From Macrostomum lignano (Eukaryota): DNA of 64,000 nt. Below the pieces are notes generated by a model. It was not told the origin of the DNA. It did not search any database and saw only the letters and a program-made list of their open reading frames with translations. This document shows, one piece after another, positions 14,004 through 26,500 of the stretch (its first letter is position 1; each line of letters opens with the position of its first letter). Position numbers and translations under genes: made by a program. The stretch covers positions 62,001 through 126,000 of the forward strand of contig NIVC01001709.1 in NCBI GenBank assembly GCA_002269645.1. The letters run 5' to 3'.

Positions 14004-14259
14004 GCAGCACACATGCATGATTTATAGAGACAATTGTGTGTAGATTTCCCAGCTTTTTGCATTAACGATCAGGCTGTTTTGTCCTAAAGCAGAATTAGAT
14101 ACATCAGGTGTACACGTGACATTACTTGGGAAACTGGGGCTCTACATCGGGACTGAGCCGAGACGTGCCAGGCCTACAAATGATGAAAGTCTAACAAAAG
14201 GAACTGCATGCAGAGTGAATCTAACTTGTTGCTCAGCTCAAAGCTCACTCTACCCAATT

Positions 14260-14325
14260 CTGATTGGGAGATCCCTGATTGGGAGTTCACGTGACGGGTG
14301 AGCGCCCGAGTTTTATATTTAACGC
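14260..14325 (+). promoter_or_regulatory. Candidate NPF proximal promoter: two CTGATTGGGA (CCAAT, reverse) boxes, TCACGTGAC E-box, TATA-like TTTATATTTAA
   Basis: Motifs lie about 120-180 nt upstream of the ATG at 14439. Function is inferred. Confidence 0.45.
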
Positions 14326-14438
14326 AATGGGTTGGGAACTGCGCAATGCTTTGCGTACAAATCCGGGCTTTAGGCGCAGCTGTTAACCAGCTTCAGGTTG
14401 TAAACTCCACCGGTCTCGGCGCTGTACATTAGCCAGTC

Positions 14439-16309
14439 ATGATACCGCTGCTGCTGCTCCTGCTGTCGGGTGTCGCTCTGGCAGCAGCGATACCCGCGGC
14501 GGACTACGGCGGAGTGCCGCCCGAGCTGCTGGAGGCGCTGAGCGCTGCCAGTCAGCTGGGAGGCGGCGGCGAAGTCGCGGATTTTGGCGTCCCACCGCCG
14601 CCGGATCCGAGCCACTTCCGGACACCGGAGGATCTGAAGGACTACCTGGACAAGCTGCGGCTGTACTATGCGCTGGTCAGCCTGCCCAGGTGAGCAGCTG
14701 TGCAGCTTGTGTCAGCAGCTTGTGTCAGCAGCTTGTGCTAGCACCTTGTGCTAGCACCTTGTGCTAGCACCTTGTGTCAGCAGCTTGTGTCAGCAGCTTG
14801 TGTCAGCAGCTTGTGTCAGCAGCTTGTGTCAGCAGCTTGTGTCAGCAGCTTGTGTCAGCTGCTTGTGTCAGTAGCTTGTGTCAGAAGCTTGTGTCATTAT
14901 TTAATTAATTTTGGCAGTAGCTTGTGTCCGTGCTAGTTATTTGTGTCAGTAGCTGGTGTCATTATTTAGTTAATTGTGTCAGCAGCTTGTTGTGTCATTA
15001 TTTAGTTAATTGTGTCAGCAGCTGGTGTCAGTATTTACTTAATTGTGTCAGCAGCTTGTTTCAGTTTTTATTGTGTCAGCAGCTTGTTGTGTCATCATTT
15101 AGTTAATTGTGTCAGTAGCTTGTGTCATTAATAGTTACATGTAACTGTCAATAGCTTTTGTCAGTCCACTTAGACACTAGTTAGTCTTTAGTGTCAGAAG
15201 GTTGTGTCAGTGGGTTGTGTCAGTAGTTTAATTTGTGTCAGTAAGCAGCCTCATTTAGTTACCCTTGGCCCTCAACGCTGGCATACTAAGTAATCCGCGC
15301 GCTCTGCACGAAGTTGGGGGATCTCATTATCAGCAAATTAACCGGCTATTTATAGACCGGCTTCCAGCCGAGAAGCGGCACCAGACTAACGGAGCACTGG
15401 AGCGTGTCCGGCAAGTGATGGCTATAAAAGGAATCCCCTTCCCAATGACTTTGCGTTCTTGTGACCCAGCAGGCACTGGAAGTACCTTTTTATCAACCAA
15501 TAAGTACATCGCCTAGTTATGCGAGCATGAGCTCACAGGTCCTTCCCCGATCCCCAACTGTTTGCTCGGAACGCCAATTTTACGTATTTTATTCTTGCTG
15601 AATGCAAATCAACTCGATTTTCGGGTCGCATCCGGGATGCCACGCCATCGGCATATTCCTTGGAGCCTCACCCCGAGCCTTCAGCCGGCAATCTGTCACT
15701 CTTCCCCTAACCCAGTCTGACTCAACCTTGACTTGGTTTTAGGATAAGAATATTTGTGCAGAGAGGATAAGATTTGTGAAAACCGCAGTTCCTGGGATTT
15801 GGGATATGAGACATCTACCTTGCTGGACAGGTACAAATAAATCGAGCTCAGTACTCACAGGATCCACTTGACTGGGAGGAAATGATCTGGGACAACAGAT
15901 AGCTTCATCTTCTGCTGGGAAAATCTGGCGAGAATCACAGTTCCCAGCCTAAATATCGATTTTTGACAGCCTAAAAGCTTGGCGACACAATCTACTGACA
16001 CAATCACTGACACAATCACTGACACAATATACTGACACAATCTACTGACACAATCTACTGACACAATCACTGACACAATCACTGACACAACCTACTGACA
16101 CAATCTACTGACACAATCTACTGACACAACCTACTGACACAACCTACTGACACAACCTACTGACACAACCTACTGACACAACCTACTGACACAACCTACT
16201 GACACAACCTACTGACACAACCTACTGACACAACCTACTGACACTATCGCTATTACCAGTGTCGCCCTCGCACTCACTCAGATTCGGCAAGCGAGCTTCT
16301 CGCCGGTAG
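14439..16309 (+). CDS. NPF: Neuropeptide F / NPY-family precursor (92 aa), two exons
   Basis: Exon 1 is 14439-14689 (ends CTG CCC AG|gtgagc); exon 2 is 16282-16309 (ctcag|A TTC GGC AAG CGA GCT TCT CGC CGG TAG). Protein: signal peptide MIPLLLLLLSGVALA, PP-fold PPPPDPSHFRTPEDLKDYLDKLRLYYALVSLPRF, amidation/cleavage site G-KR. Tyr at positions 10 and 17 from the C-terminus and a phase-2 intron in the penultimate Arg codon are NPF/NPY hallmarks. AATAAA at 16543-16548. Confidence 0.93.
14698..15245 (+). repeat. 13-bp-based array with TTGTGTCAG core at the 5' end of the NPF intron
   Basis: Directly visible (CAGCTTGTGTCAG)n, degenerating downstream. Confidence 0.92.
15984..16243 (-). repeat. 13-bp array (CTACTGACACAAC)n, reverse complement of the 5' intron array
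   Basis: The CTGACACAA core is the reverse complement of TTGTGTCAG. Confidence 0.92.
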
Positions 16310-16764
16310 CTACCGAAGACTCGACTGCCACCATCCGGGATGAAAAACCGCATTGAAGGCCTGGTGTCAGTGATCATCTGATCCCTCCGACTTCTACCAT
16401 AAAAACTGTCGGTGTCTCAGAATGCCACAAAATTTTCAGAACCCCAAGTCGGCTGTCTAATTATTCTGCTTTTTCTGTTTCATCTGGAGCTCTGAAATTT
16501 GAAGGATTCGCTCAAAATATTAATATGAACTTGTTCCAAAATAATAAATACTAACAAAGTCATTAAACCAATGGACACGTTCGATTCTGCCACCTTGCGA
16601 CAATGATAAAAAACTGGACTGCCATTGGATTCACTGCCATTGGCTTGAGCAGAAACCGGCTGCTCCTATTTCAAGTACTTTCTTTGACTGTTGTTTCATT
16701 TGTCATGTTTTTGCATTAAAAATATTACATTTTTGCTCCATTGAGTCTTTTTCCCGCTGTCATG

Positions 16765-17575
16765 TTCCTGGTGGACTATCCCTGCTTTCTCTTAGTAGGC
16801 TTTCCCTGCTCTCTCCTGTCCTTGGTGGACTGTCCCTGCTCTCCCCTGTCCTTGATGGACTGTCCCTGCTCTCTCCTGTCCTTGATGGACTGTCCCTGCT
16901 CTCCCCTGTCCTTGATTGACTGTCTCTGCTCTCTCCTGTCCTTGGTACGCTTTCCCTGCTCTCTCCTGTCCTTGGTACGCTATCCCTGCTCACTCCTGTC
17001 CTTGGTACGCTGTCCCTGCTCTCTCCTGTCCTTGATGGACTGTCCCTGCTCTCTCCTGTCCTTGATGGACTGTCCCTGCTCTCTCCTGTCCTTGGTAGGC
17101 TGTCCCTGCTCTCTCCTGTCCTTGGTGGGCTGTCCCTGCTCTCTCCTGTCCTTGGTGGCCTGTCCCTGCTCTCTCCTGTCCTTGGTGGGCTGTCCCTGCT
17201 CACTCCTGTCCTTGGTAGGCTGTCCCTGCTCTCTCCTGTCCTTGATGGACTGTACTGCTCTCTCCTGTCCTTGGTGGGCTGTCCCTGCTCTCTCCTGTCT
17301 TTGGTAGGTTGTCTCTGCTCTCTCCTATCCTTGATGGACTGTCCCTGCTCTCTCCTGTCCTTGGTGGGCTGTCCCCTGCTCTCTCCTGTCCTTGGTGGGC
17401 TGTCCCTGCTCTCTCCTGTCCTTGGTGGGCTGTCTTTGCTCTCTCCTGTCCTTGGTAGGTTGTCTCTGCTCTCTCCTGTCCTTGATGGACTGTCCCTGCT
17501 CTCTCCTGTCCTTGATGGGTTGTCTCTGCTCTCTCCTGTCCTTGATGGACTGTCTCTACCCTCTCCTGTCCTTAG
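16765..17575. repeat. 30-bp minisatellite (TGTCCCTGCTCTCTCCTGTCCTTGATGGAC)
   Basis: Directly visible, period 30. Confidence 0.95.
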
Positions 17576-19343
17576 TCCTCTGATCTCGCTCTCCTGTCTC
17601 ATTCCACAGCTGTTAATTGTTACAAATGTTTTAGTCGCAAGTTCTATGCAAAATTCACGGGTGCGGGAAGTGATGCTCAGCAGCTTATAATCGCACAGTC
17701 TGAGTCTAGAATTCTAAATCGAATTTCAACGCATTGTGTAGCGCCGCTAAATTGCTTGCTTCTAAACAAATTAGAGGCCTCTGCATGTGCAGAGAGCCTT
17801 GTGGTCTGCTCGCGACGCGCAGAAGCCTAAGTTTCTAGCTTCTTCTAGACAGAGTTTTCAATTAGTCGATCGCTTCTTGACTCGAGTGGTACATTCACAT
17901 TCTCTTCATTCATCGCCTTCCAAGCAGTTATAAGCATGCACGCTTTCACAACTGTGTTCCTTCCAATTATCTGAGTGAAATGAAATCAAAGGCGACCAGA
18001 GCATGCGTGGATGTGTTGCTTAAAATAGAATAGCATGTAAATTGGCTAAAAGCACCGAATGAAAAGCCGAATTTTGGTTTTCTAAGCCGAAACGTTTTCC
18101 TTTCTGGACTTCTGGTATATGTACTGACATGAGCGAATGCGAAAGTGTAACAAAAAGAATGAGGTCCCGTTTCGATATAGAATGCGTAAATCGGAAATTA
18201 AACAATTTCCATAGGAATGGTTTTTCAATACATGACGCTGCCGTGCAGATACATGGACTAATCATAAAAAACCTTAATAATAATAACAGCCTTTATGCAC
18301 CGTAGGCTAATAAAACTACATCTTTTCTCTACTACATGTATTTTGCTTCCTGTATATTCAATATTTATAACAGCTTTAGACATGAGAAAAATTAAAAAAC
18401 ATGCTCTTTATCATCAAAACTAGAGTTTTAGTTTGCCAGTCAAGTTTAATGGTTAAATTAGTTGTTAACATTTGTTAGAGCTTAATCACACATGAACTTT
18501 TTAATTTGTGTTCTACGATACCAATCTTCTACGTCCATTTAAAATATGTTTTCTCAGGTATTATGAACAGCACTATCGGGAGATGATTTCGTTGTAAAAT
18601 ATCTAGATAGCATTTATAAAAAATTACTTCTTCCTTATGTTTTTACTGATTAGTGACTTGACCTTCAAATACGTTAAATAGTCGATAATATGTTAGCACG
18701 ACACTCAAGTAATAAATCTGCAAAAATACGATATCAAAGAATTGTCAAATTACTTTATCATTAGTAACTCTGTCTAATAGTTAAATTTTCTTTTTTCTTT
18801 TTATTGAGATTTTTAAGTAAGAGAAAAATATCAATATTAGTACATTGCTACTTGCTAAACCCTGTCACTTAGGGTTTTATGGGCAAAAATATTTTTCTAT
18901 GTTCTGTGATGCTCTGGTTGCTTGTTACTGAAATTTTGTTCATAATAAAAGCATAGAAAACTCTCATCATTGAGTTGAGTGCATCTAATTGTTATACTAT
19001 AATGTAAAAAACAGTTACAGCTCCTAAGTCCTTCAATTTTGTTTAACAAAAAAGCCATAAAAAGTTATATTAAAAAATAAAAATAATAATACAAAAGCTA
19101 TAAGTTTTAGGTATATATCAATAATATACCATTTATTTTTACCAAGGCACAATTGATCTAAAAAATTAATTCGTGTAGAGAAAACGAAAAACGTTGTTTT
19201 AATGTTTCACTTGTAGCTTTATATTTAATTTTAATCTTTAAAAGTAAATTTAAAGTCTCATTTCTGTTAGTATTACCATATCACTCGTATGTATCTATTT
19301 CTGAAAACTCAAAAAACTGTACTGTTTCATGCGAAAGAATTAA

Positions 19344-19999
19344 ATGGCAGCCAGAAACTGCTACAGCAAGTACAGCACGGACCCAGCCTTCACCGGGCCC
19401 AAGATTGTCACTCCGCCCAACAACTACCTGTCCGGCAATGGCAAGTCCGAGGTGTACCAGGGCGCCGGTTGGTACGTGCCCTCCGAGAGGCGCTGGCAGC
19501 GCTACCACGAGTACACGGCGCTGCCGAGCTCCTCCCGTCGCGACGCCATCGACTTTCAGAGCGAAGACGATTTTGTTCAGTTCCGCCAGGCCCGCGACAG
19601 GCCGAGAGGTACATGCGTCTGCACTACTTGCGATTGAGTAGTGTGCGAGAAAATTTCGAGATCTTTTCGCGAACTTTTGATTTAGCCTTCTCTAAATTAC
19701 CAGAATGCATTGAGAACACAGCCGTCCCTGCCCCGCCCGCAGCCCCCATGCTGACCTCCTATATTCCTGGAGAGAAGCCGGCCGACCTCAAGCTCACTGG
19801 CTACCGTCGCGAGGACTCGGTGGTGCCTGAGCACAGCCAGTTCTCCACTTACGAGCGATTTCCCCGCTGGCAAGGCTCCGGTTACTATGGTTACTATCAC
19901 GAGGCGCTGGACCTGCACGACGGCGGCCGCATGAAGACGCTGCCGGCGCTGCCGCGGTACCCCGGCTACCCGCTGGTGAGCAGTGTCACCGGCATCTGA
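19344..19999 (+). CDS. Uncharacterised ~186-aa protein, two exons
   Basis: Exon 1 is 19344-19608 (AGA G|gtacat); exon 2 is 19704-19999 (ttaccag|AA TGC). Phase 1 join gives MAARNCYSKYSTDPAFTGPK...RDRPRECIENTAV...VSSVTGI*. A GC-rich coding-like island in AT-rich flanks. Family not recognised. Confidence 0.75.
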
Positions 20000-20545
20000 G
20001 CTCGGTGAGGACTGCTTTTCAGCTGATGGGGAGGACTTGAACAGCTCATTTTCCTCTATTTTATCTGCCTGCCATTCTGCACCTTTTTTCATTTTTCTTT
20101 CTTTACTTTTTCATCTGCAGAAATTTTTAAAATAAATTTTCTCCTAACATAAAATCTCTGTTTTGGTCAAATATCGAAGTCTTCGTGGAATTACTCCATC
20201 TGATTGACTTCATTATCGACTTAAACTGATTTTAAAAGATTTCTTTCAGTTAAATTTTAAATCTACGGTATTTTGCTAAAATACTACTGCATAGCAACCA
20301 GTGTATTGGGTATGAGTTTTGGTTGAGACTTCGATCTGAAATATTGATATTTTTGCTAATTTTTGTGTTTTTTACCTGCTGTTTAAACTGTATTTCACTG
20401 CGCCTGAGACTTAATAGAGTTGCTCTGCGCTCCAATAAAAACTTTTTCTGTTTTCTTGCAAAATTTGCGACAAATTGTGTGTTCATTTTTTTCATATTTT
20501 TGTGTGCACTATTCCTCTTGAGAAATTTCGAATTCCAAAATGGCC

Positions 20546-23500
20546 GTATGGACTGTAGATTTGGAGTGACAGAGTCTGTATAGACTGCAGATTTGGAGTG
20601 ACAGAGTCTGTATAGACTTCAGATGGAGTAACAGGGTCTGTATAGACTTCAGATGGAGTAACAGAGTCTGTATAGACTGCAGATTGGGGGTGACAGAGTC
20701 TGTATAGACTGCAGATTTGGAGTGACAGAGTCTGTATAGACTTCAGATGGAGTAACAGAGTCTGTATAGACTTCAGATGGAGTAACAGAGTCTGTATAGA
20801 CTGCAGATTGGGGGTGACAGAGTCTGTATAGACTGCAGATTTGGGGTGACAGAGTCTGTATAGACTGCAGATTTGGGGTGACAGAGTCTGTATAGACTGC
20901 AGATTTGGAGTGACAGAGTCTGTATAGACTTCAGATGGAGTAACAGAGTCTGTATAGACTGCAGACTTGGAGTGATAGAGTCTGTATAGACTTCAGATGG
21001 AGTAACAGAGTCTGTATAGACTGCAGATTGGGGGTGACAGAGTCTGTATAGACTGCAGACTTGGAGTGACAGAGTCTGTATAGACTTCAGATTTGGAGTG
21101 ACAGAGTCTGTATAGACTGCAGATTTGGAGTCACAGAGTCTGTATAGACTTCAGACTTGGAGTGACAGAGTCTGTATAGACTGCAGAGTTGGAGTGACAG
21201 AGTCTGTATAGACTTCAGATGGAGTAACAGAGTCTGTATAGACTGCAGATTTGGAGTGACAGAGTCTGTATAGACTGCAGACTTGGGGTGAAAGAGTCTG
21301 TATAGACTTCAGATGGAGTAACAGAGTCTGTATAGACTTCAGATGGAGTAACAGAGTCTGTATAGACTGCAGATTGGGGGTGACAGAGTCTGTATAGACT
21401 GCAGATTTGGGGTGACAGAGTCTGTATAGACTGCAGATTTGGAGTGACAGAGTCTGTATAGACTGTAGACTTGGAGTGACAGAGTCTGTATAGACTTCAG
21501 ATGGAGTAACAGAGTCTGTATAGACTGCAGATTGGGGGTGACAGAGTCTGTATAGACTGCAGATTTGGGGTGACAGAGTCTGTATAGACTTCAGATTTGG
21601 AGTGACAGAGTCTGTATAGACTGCAGACTTGGAGTGACAGAGTCTGTATAGACTTCAGATGGAGTAACAGAGTCTGTATAGACTGCAGATTTGGAGTGAC
21701 AGAGTCTGTACAGACTGCAGATTTGGGGTGACAGAGTCGGTATAGACTTCAGATTTGGAGTGACAGAGTCTGTATAGACTGCAGATTTGGGGTGACAGAG
21801 TCTGTATAGACTTCAGACTTGGAGTGACAGAGTCTGTATAGACTGCAGAGTTGGAGTGACAGAGTCTGTATAGACTTCAGATGGAGTAACAGAGTCTGTA
21901 TAGACTGCAGATTGGGGGTGACAGAGTCTGTATAGACTGCAGATTTGGGGTGACAGAGTCTGTATAGACTGCAGATTTGGGGTGACAGAGTCTGTATAGA
22001 CTGCAGATTTGGAGTGACAGAGTCTGTATAGACTGCAGATGGAGTAACAGAGTCTGTATAGACTGCAGACTTGGAGTGATAGAGTCTGTATAGACTTCAG
22101 ATGGAGTAACAGAGTCTGTATAGACTGCAGATTGGGGGTGACAGAGTCTGTATAGACTGCAGATTTGGAGTGACAGAGTCTGTATAGACTTCAGATTTGG
22201 AGTGACAGAGTCTGTATAGACTGCAGATTTGGAGTCACAGAGTCTGTATAGACTTCAGATTTGGAGTGACAGAGTCTGTATAGACTGCAGAGTTGGAGTG
22301 ACAGAGTCTGTATAGACTTCAGATTTGGAGTAACAGAGTCTGTATAGACTTCAGATGGAGTAACAGAGTCTGTATAGACTGCAGATTTGGAGTGACAGAG
22401 TCTGTATAGACTGCAGACTTGGGGTGACAGAGTCTGTATAGACTTCAGATGGAGTAACAGAGTCTGTATAGACTTCAGATGGAGTAACAGAGTCTGTATA
22501 GACTGCAGATTGGGGGTGACAGAGTCTGTATAGACTGCAGATTTGGGGTGACAGAGTCTGTATAGACTGCAGATTTGGAGTGACAGAGTCTGTATAGACT
22601 TCAGATGGAGTAACAGAGTCTGTATAGACTTCAGATGGAGTAACAGAGTCTGTATAGACTGCAGATTGGGGGTGACAGAGTCTGTATAGACTGCAGATTT
22701 GGGGTGACAGAGTCTGTATAGACTTCAGATTTGGAGTGACAGAGTCTGTATAGACTGCAGACTTGGAGTGACAGAGTCTGTATAGACTTCAGATGGAGTA
22801 ACAGAGTCTGTATAGACTGCAGATTTGGAGTGACAGAGTCTGTACAGACTGCAGATTTGGGGTGACAGAGTCGGTATAGACTTCAGATTTGGAGTGACAG
22901 AGTCTGTATAGACTGCAGATTTGGGGTGACAGAGTCTGTATAGACTTCAGACTTGGAGTGACAGAGTCTGTATAGACTGCAGAGTTGGAGTGACAGAGTC
23001 TGTATAGACTTCAGATTTGGAGTGACAGAGTCTGTATAGACTTCAGATTGGGAGTGACAGAGTCTGTATAGACTGCAGATTTGGAGTGACAGAGTCTGTA
23101 TAGACTGCAGATTTGGAGTGACAGAGTCTGTATAGACTGCAGACTTGGAGTGACAGAGTCTGTATAGACTTCAGATGGAGTAACAGAGTCTGTATAGACT
23201 GCAGATTGGGGGTGACAGAGTCTGTATAGACTGCAGATTTGGAGTGACAGAGTCTGTATAGACTTCAGATGGAGTAACAGAGTCTGTATAGACTTCAGAT
23301 GGAGTAACAGAGTCTGTATAGACTGCAGATTGGGGGTGACAGAGTCTGTATAGACTGCAGATTTGGAGTGACAGAGTCTGTATAGACTGCAGAGTTGGAG
23401 TGACAGAGTCTGTATAGACTTCAGATGGAGTAACAGAGTCTGTATAGACTGCAGATTGGGGGTGACAGAGTCTGTATAGACTTCAGATTTGGAGTGACAG

Positions 23501-26500
23501 AGTCTGTATAGACTTCAGACTTGGAGTGACAGAGTCTGTATAGACTGCAGAGTTGGAGTGACAGAGTCTGTATAGACTGCAGATGGAGTAACAGAGTCTG
23601 TATAGACTTCAGATGGAGTAACAGAGTCTGTATAGACTGCAGATGGGGGTGACAGAGTCTGTATAGACTGCAGATTGGGGGTGACAGAGACTGTATAGAC
23701 TGCAAATTTGGGGTGACAGAGTCTGTATAGACTTCAGACTTGGAGTGACAGAGTCTGTATAGACTGCAGAGTTGGAGTGCCAGAGTCTGTATAGACTTCA
23801 GATTTGGAGTAACAGAGTCTGTATAAACTGCAGATTGGGAGTGACAGAGTCTGTATAGACTTCAGATTTGGAGTGACAGAGTCTGTATAGACTGCAGATT
23901 TGGAGTGACAGAGTCTGTATAGACTGCAGACTTGGAGTGACAGAGTCTGTATAGACTTCAGATGGAGTAACAGAGTCTGTATAGACTGCAGATTGGGGTG
24001 ACAGAGTCTGTATAGACTGCAGATTGGGGGTGACAGAGTCTGTATAGACTGCAGATTTGGGGTGACAGAGTCTGTATAGACTGCAGATTTGGAGTGACAG
24101 AGTCTGTATAGACTGCAGACTTGGAGTGACAGAGTCTGTATAGACTTCAGATGGAGTAACAGAGTCTGTATAGACTGCAGATTTGGGGTGACAGAGTCTG
24201 TATAGACTGCAGATTTGGGGTGACAGAGTCTGTATAGACTGCAGATTTGGAGTGACAGAGTCTGTATAGACTTCAGACTTGGAGTGACAGAGTCTGTATA
24301 GACTGCAGATTTGGGGTGACAGAGTCTGTATAGACTTCAGACTTGGAGTGACAGAGTCTGTATAGACTGCAGATTTGGGGTGACAGAGTCTGTATAGACT
24401 GCAGATTTGGAGTGACAGAGTCTGTATAGACTGCAGATGGAGTAACAGAGTCTGTATAGACTGCAGACTTGGAGTGACAGAGTCTGTATAGACTTCAGAT
24501 GGAGTAACAGAGTCTGTATAGACTGCAGATTGGGGGTGACAGAGTCTGTATAGACTGCAGATTTGGAGTGACAGAGTCTGTATAGACTTCAGATTTGGAG
24601 TGACAGAGTCTGTATAGACTGCAGATTTGGAGTCACAGAGTCTGTATAGACTTCAGACTTGGAGTGACAGAGTCTGTATAGACTGCAGAGTTGGAGTGAC
24701 AGAGTCTGTATAGACTTCAGATTTGGAGTAACAGAGTCTGTATAGACTTCAGATGGAGTAACAGAGTCTGTATAGACTGCAGATTTGGAGTGACAGAGTC
24801 TGTATAGACTGCAGACTTGGGTGACAGAGTCTGTATAGACTTCAGATGGAGTAACAGAGTCTGTATAGACTTCAGATGGAGTAACAGAGTCTGTATAGAC
24901 TGCAGATTGGGGGTGACAGAGTCTGTATAGACTGCAGATTTGGGTGACAGAGTCTGTATAGACTGCAGATTTGGAGTGACAGAGTCTGTATAGACTTCAG
25001 ATGGAGTAACAGAGTCTGTATAGACTTCAGATGGAGTAACAGAGTCTGTATAGACTGCAGATTGGGGTGACAGAGTCTGTATAGACTGCAGATTTGGGTG
25101 ACAGAGTCTGTATAGACTTCAGATTTGGAGTGACAGAGTCTGTATAGACTGCAGACTTGGAGTGACAGAGTCTGTATAGACTTCAGATGGAGTAACAGAG
25201 TCTGTATAGACTGCAGATTTGGAGTGACAGAGTCTGTATAGACTGCAGATTTGGGGTGACAGAGTCTGTATAGACTTCAGATTTGGAGTGACAGAGTCTG
25301 TATAGACTGCAGATTTGGGTGACAGAGTCTGTATAGACTTCAGACTTGGAGTGACAGAGTCTGTATAGACTGCAGATTGGAGTGACAGAGTCTGTATAGA
25401 CTTCAGATTTGGAGTGACAGAGTCTGTATAGACTTCAGATTGGAGTGACAGAGTCTGTATAGACTGCAGATTTGGAGTGACAGAGTCTGTATAGACTGCA
25501 GATTTGGAGTGACAGAGTCTGTATAGACTGCAGACTTGGAGTGACAGAGTCTGTATAGACTTCAGATGGAGTAACAGAGTCTGTATAGACTGCAGATTGG
25601 GGGTGACAGAGTCTGTATAGACTGCAGATTTGGAGTGACAGAGTCTGTATAGACTTCAGATGGAGTAACAGAGTCTGTATAGACTTCAGATGGAGTACAG
25701 AGTCTGTATAGACTGCAGATTGGGTGACAGAGTCTGTATAGACTGCAGATTTGGAGTGACAGAGTCTGTATAGACTGCAGAGTTGGAGTGACAGAGTCTG
25801 TATAGACTTCAGATGGAGTAACAGAGTCTGTATAGACTGCAGATTGGGGGTGACAGAGTCTGTATAGACTTCAGATTTGGAGTGACAGAGTCTGTATAGA
25901 CTTCAGACTTGGAGTGACAGAGTCTGTATAGACTGCAGACTTGGAGTGACAGAGTCTGTATAGACTGCAGATGGAGTAACAGAGTCTGTATAGACTTCAG
26001 ATGGAGTAACAGAGTCTGTATAGACTGCAGATGGGGGTGACAGAGTCTGTATAGACTGCAGATTGGGGGTGACAGAGACTGTATAGACTGCAAATTTGGG
26101 GTGACAGAGTCTGTATAGACTGCAGATTTGGAGTGACAGAGTCTGTATAGACTTCAGATGGACTAACAGAGTCTGTATAGACTTCAGATGGAGTAACAGA
26201 GTCTGTATAGACTGCAGATTGGGGGTGACAGAGTCTGTATAGACTGCAGATTTGAGGTGACAGAGTCTGTATAGACTGCAGATTTGGAGTGACAGAGTCT
26301 GTATAGACTTCAGATGGAGTAACAGAGTCTGTATAGACTTCAGATGGAGTAACAGAGTCTGTATAGACTGCAGATTGGGGGTGACAGAGTCTGTATAGAC
26401 TGCAGATTTGGGGTGACAGAGTCTGTATAGACTTCAGATTTGGAGTGACAGAGTCTGTATAGACTGCAGAATTGGAGTGACAGAGTCTGTATAGACTTCA

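Noticed and set aside
15859-15924. Possible 66-nt minus-strand exon (IFPAEDEAICCPRSFPPSQVDP) inside the NPF intron
   Set aside because: It has AG/GT boundaries, but I could not link it to other exons or any recognisable protein.
24780-25750. Distinct satellite subfamily with shortened G runs
   Set aside because: Scattered single-base losses in homopolymers look like lower-quality long-read consensus rather than biology; needs a read check.
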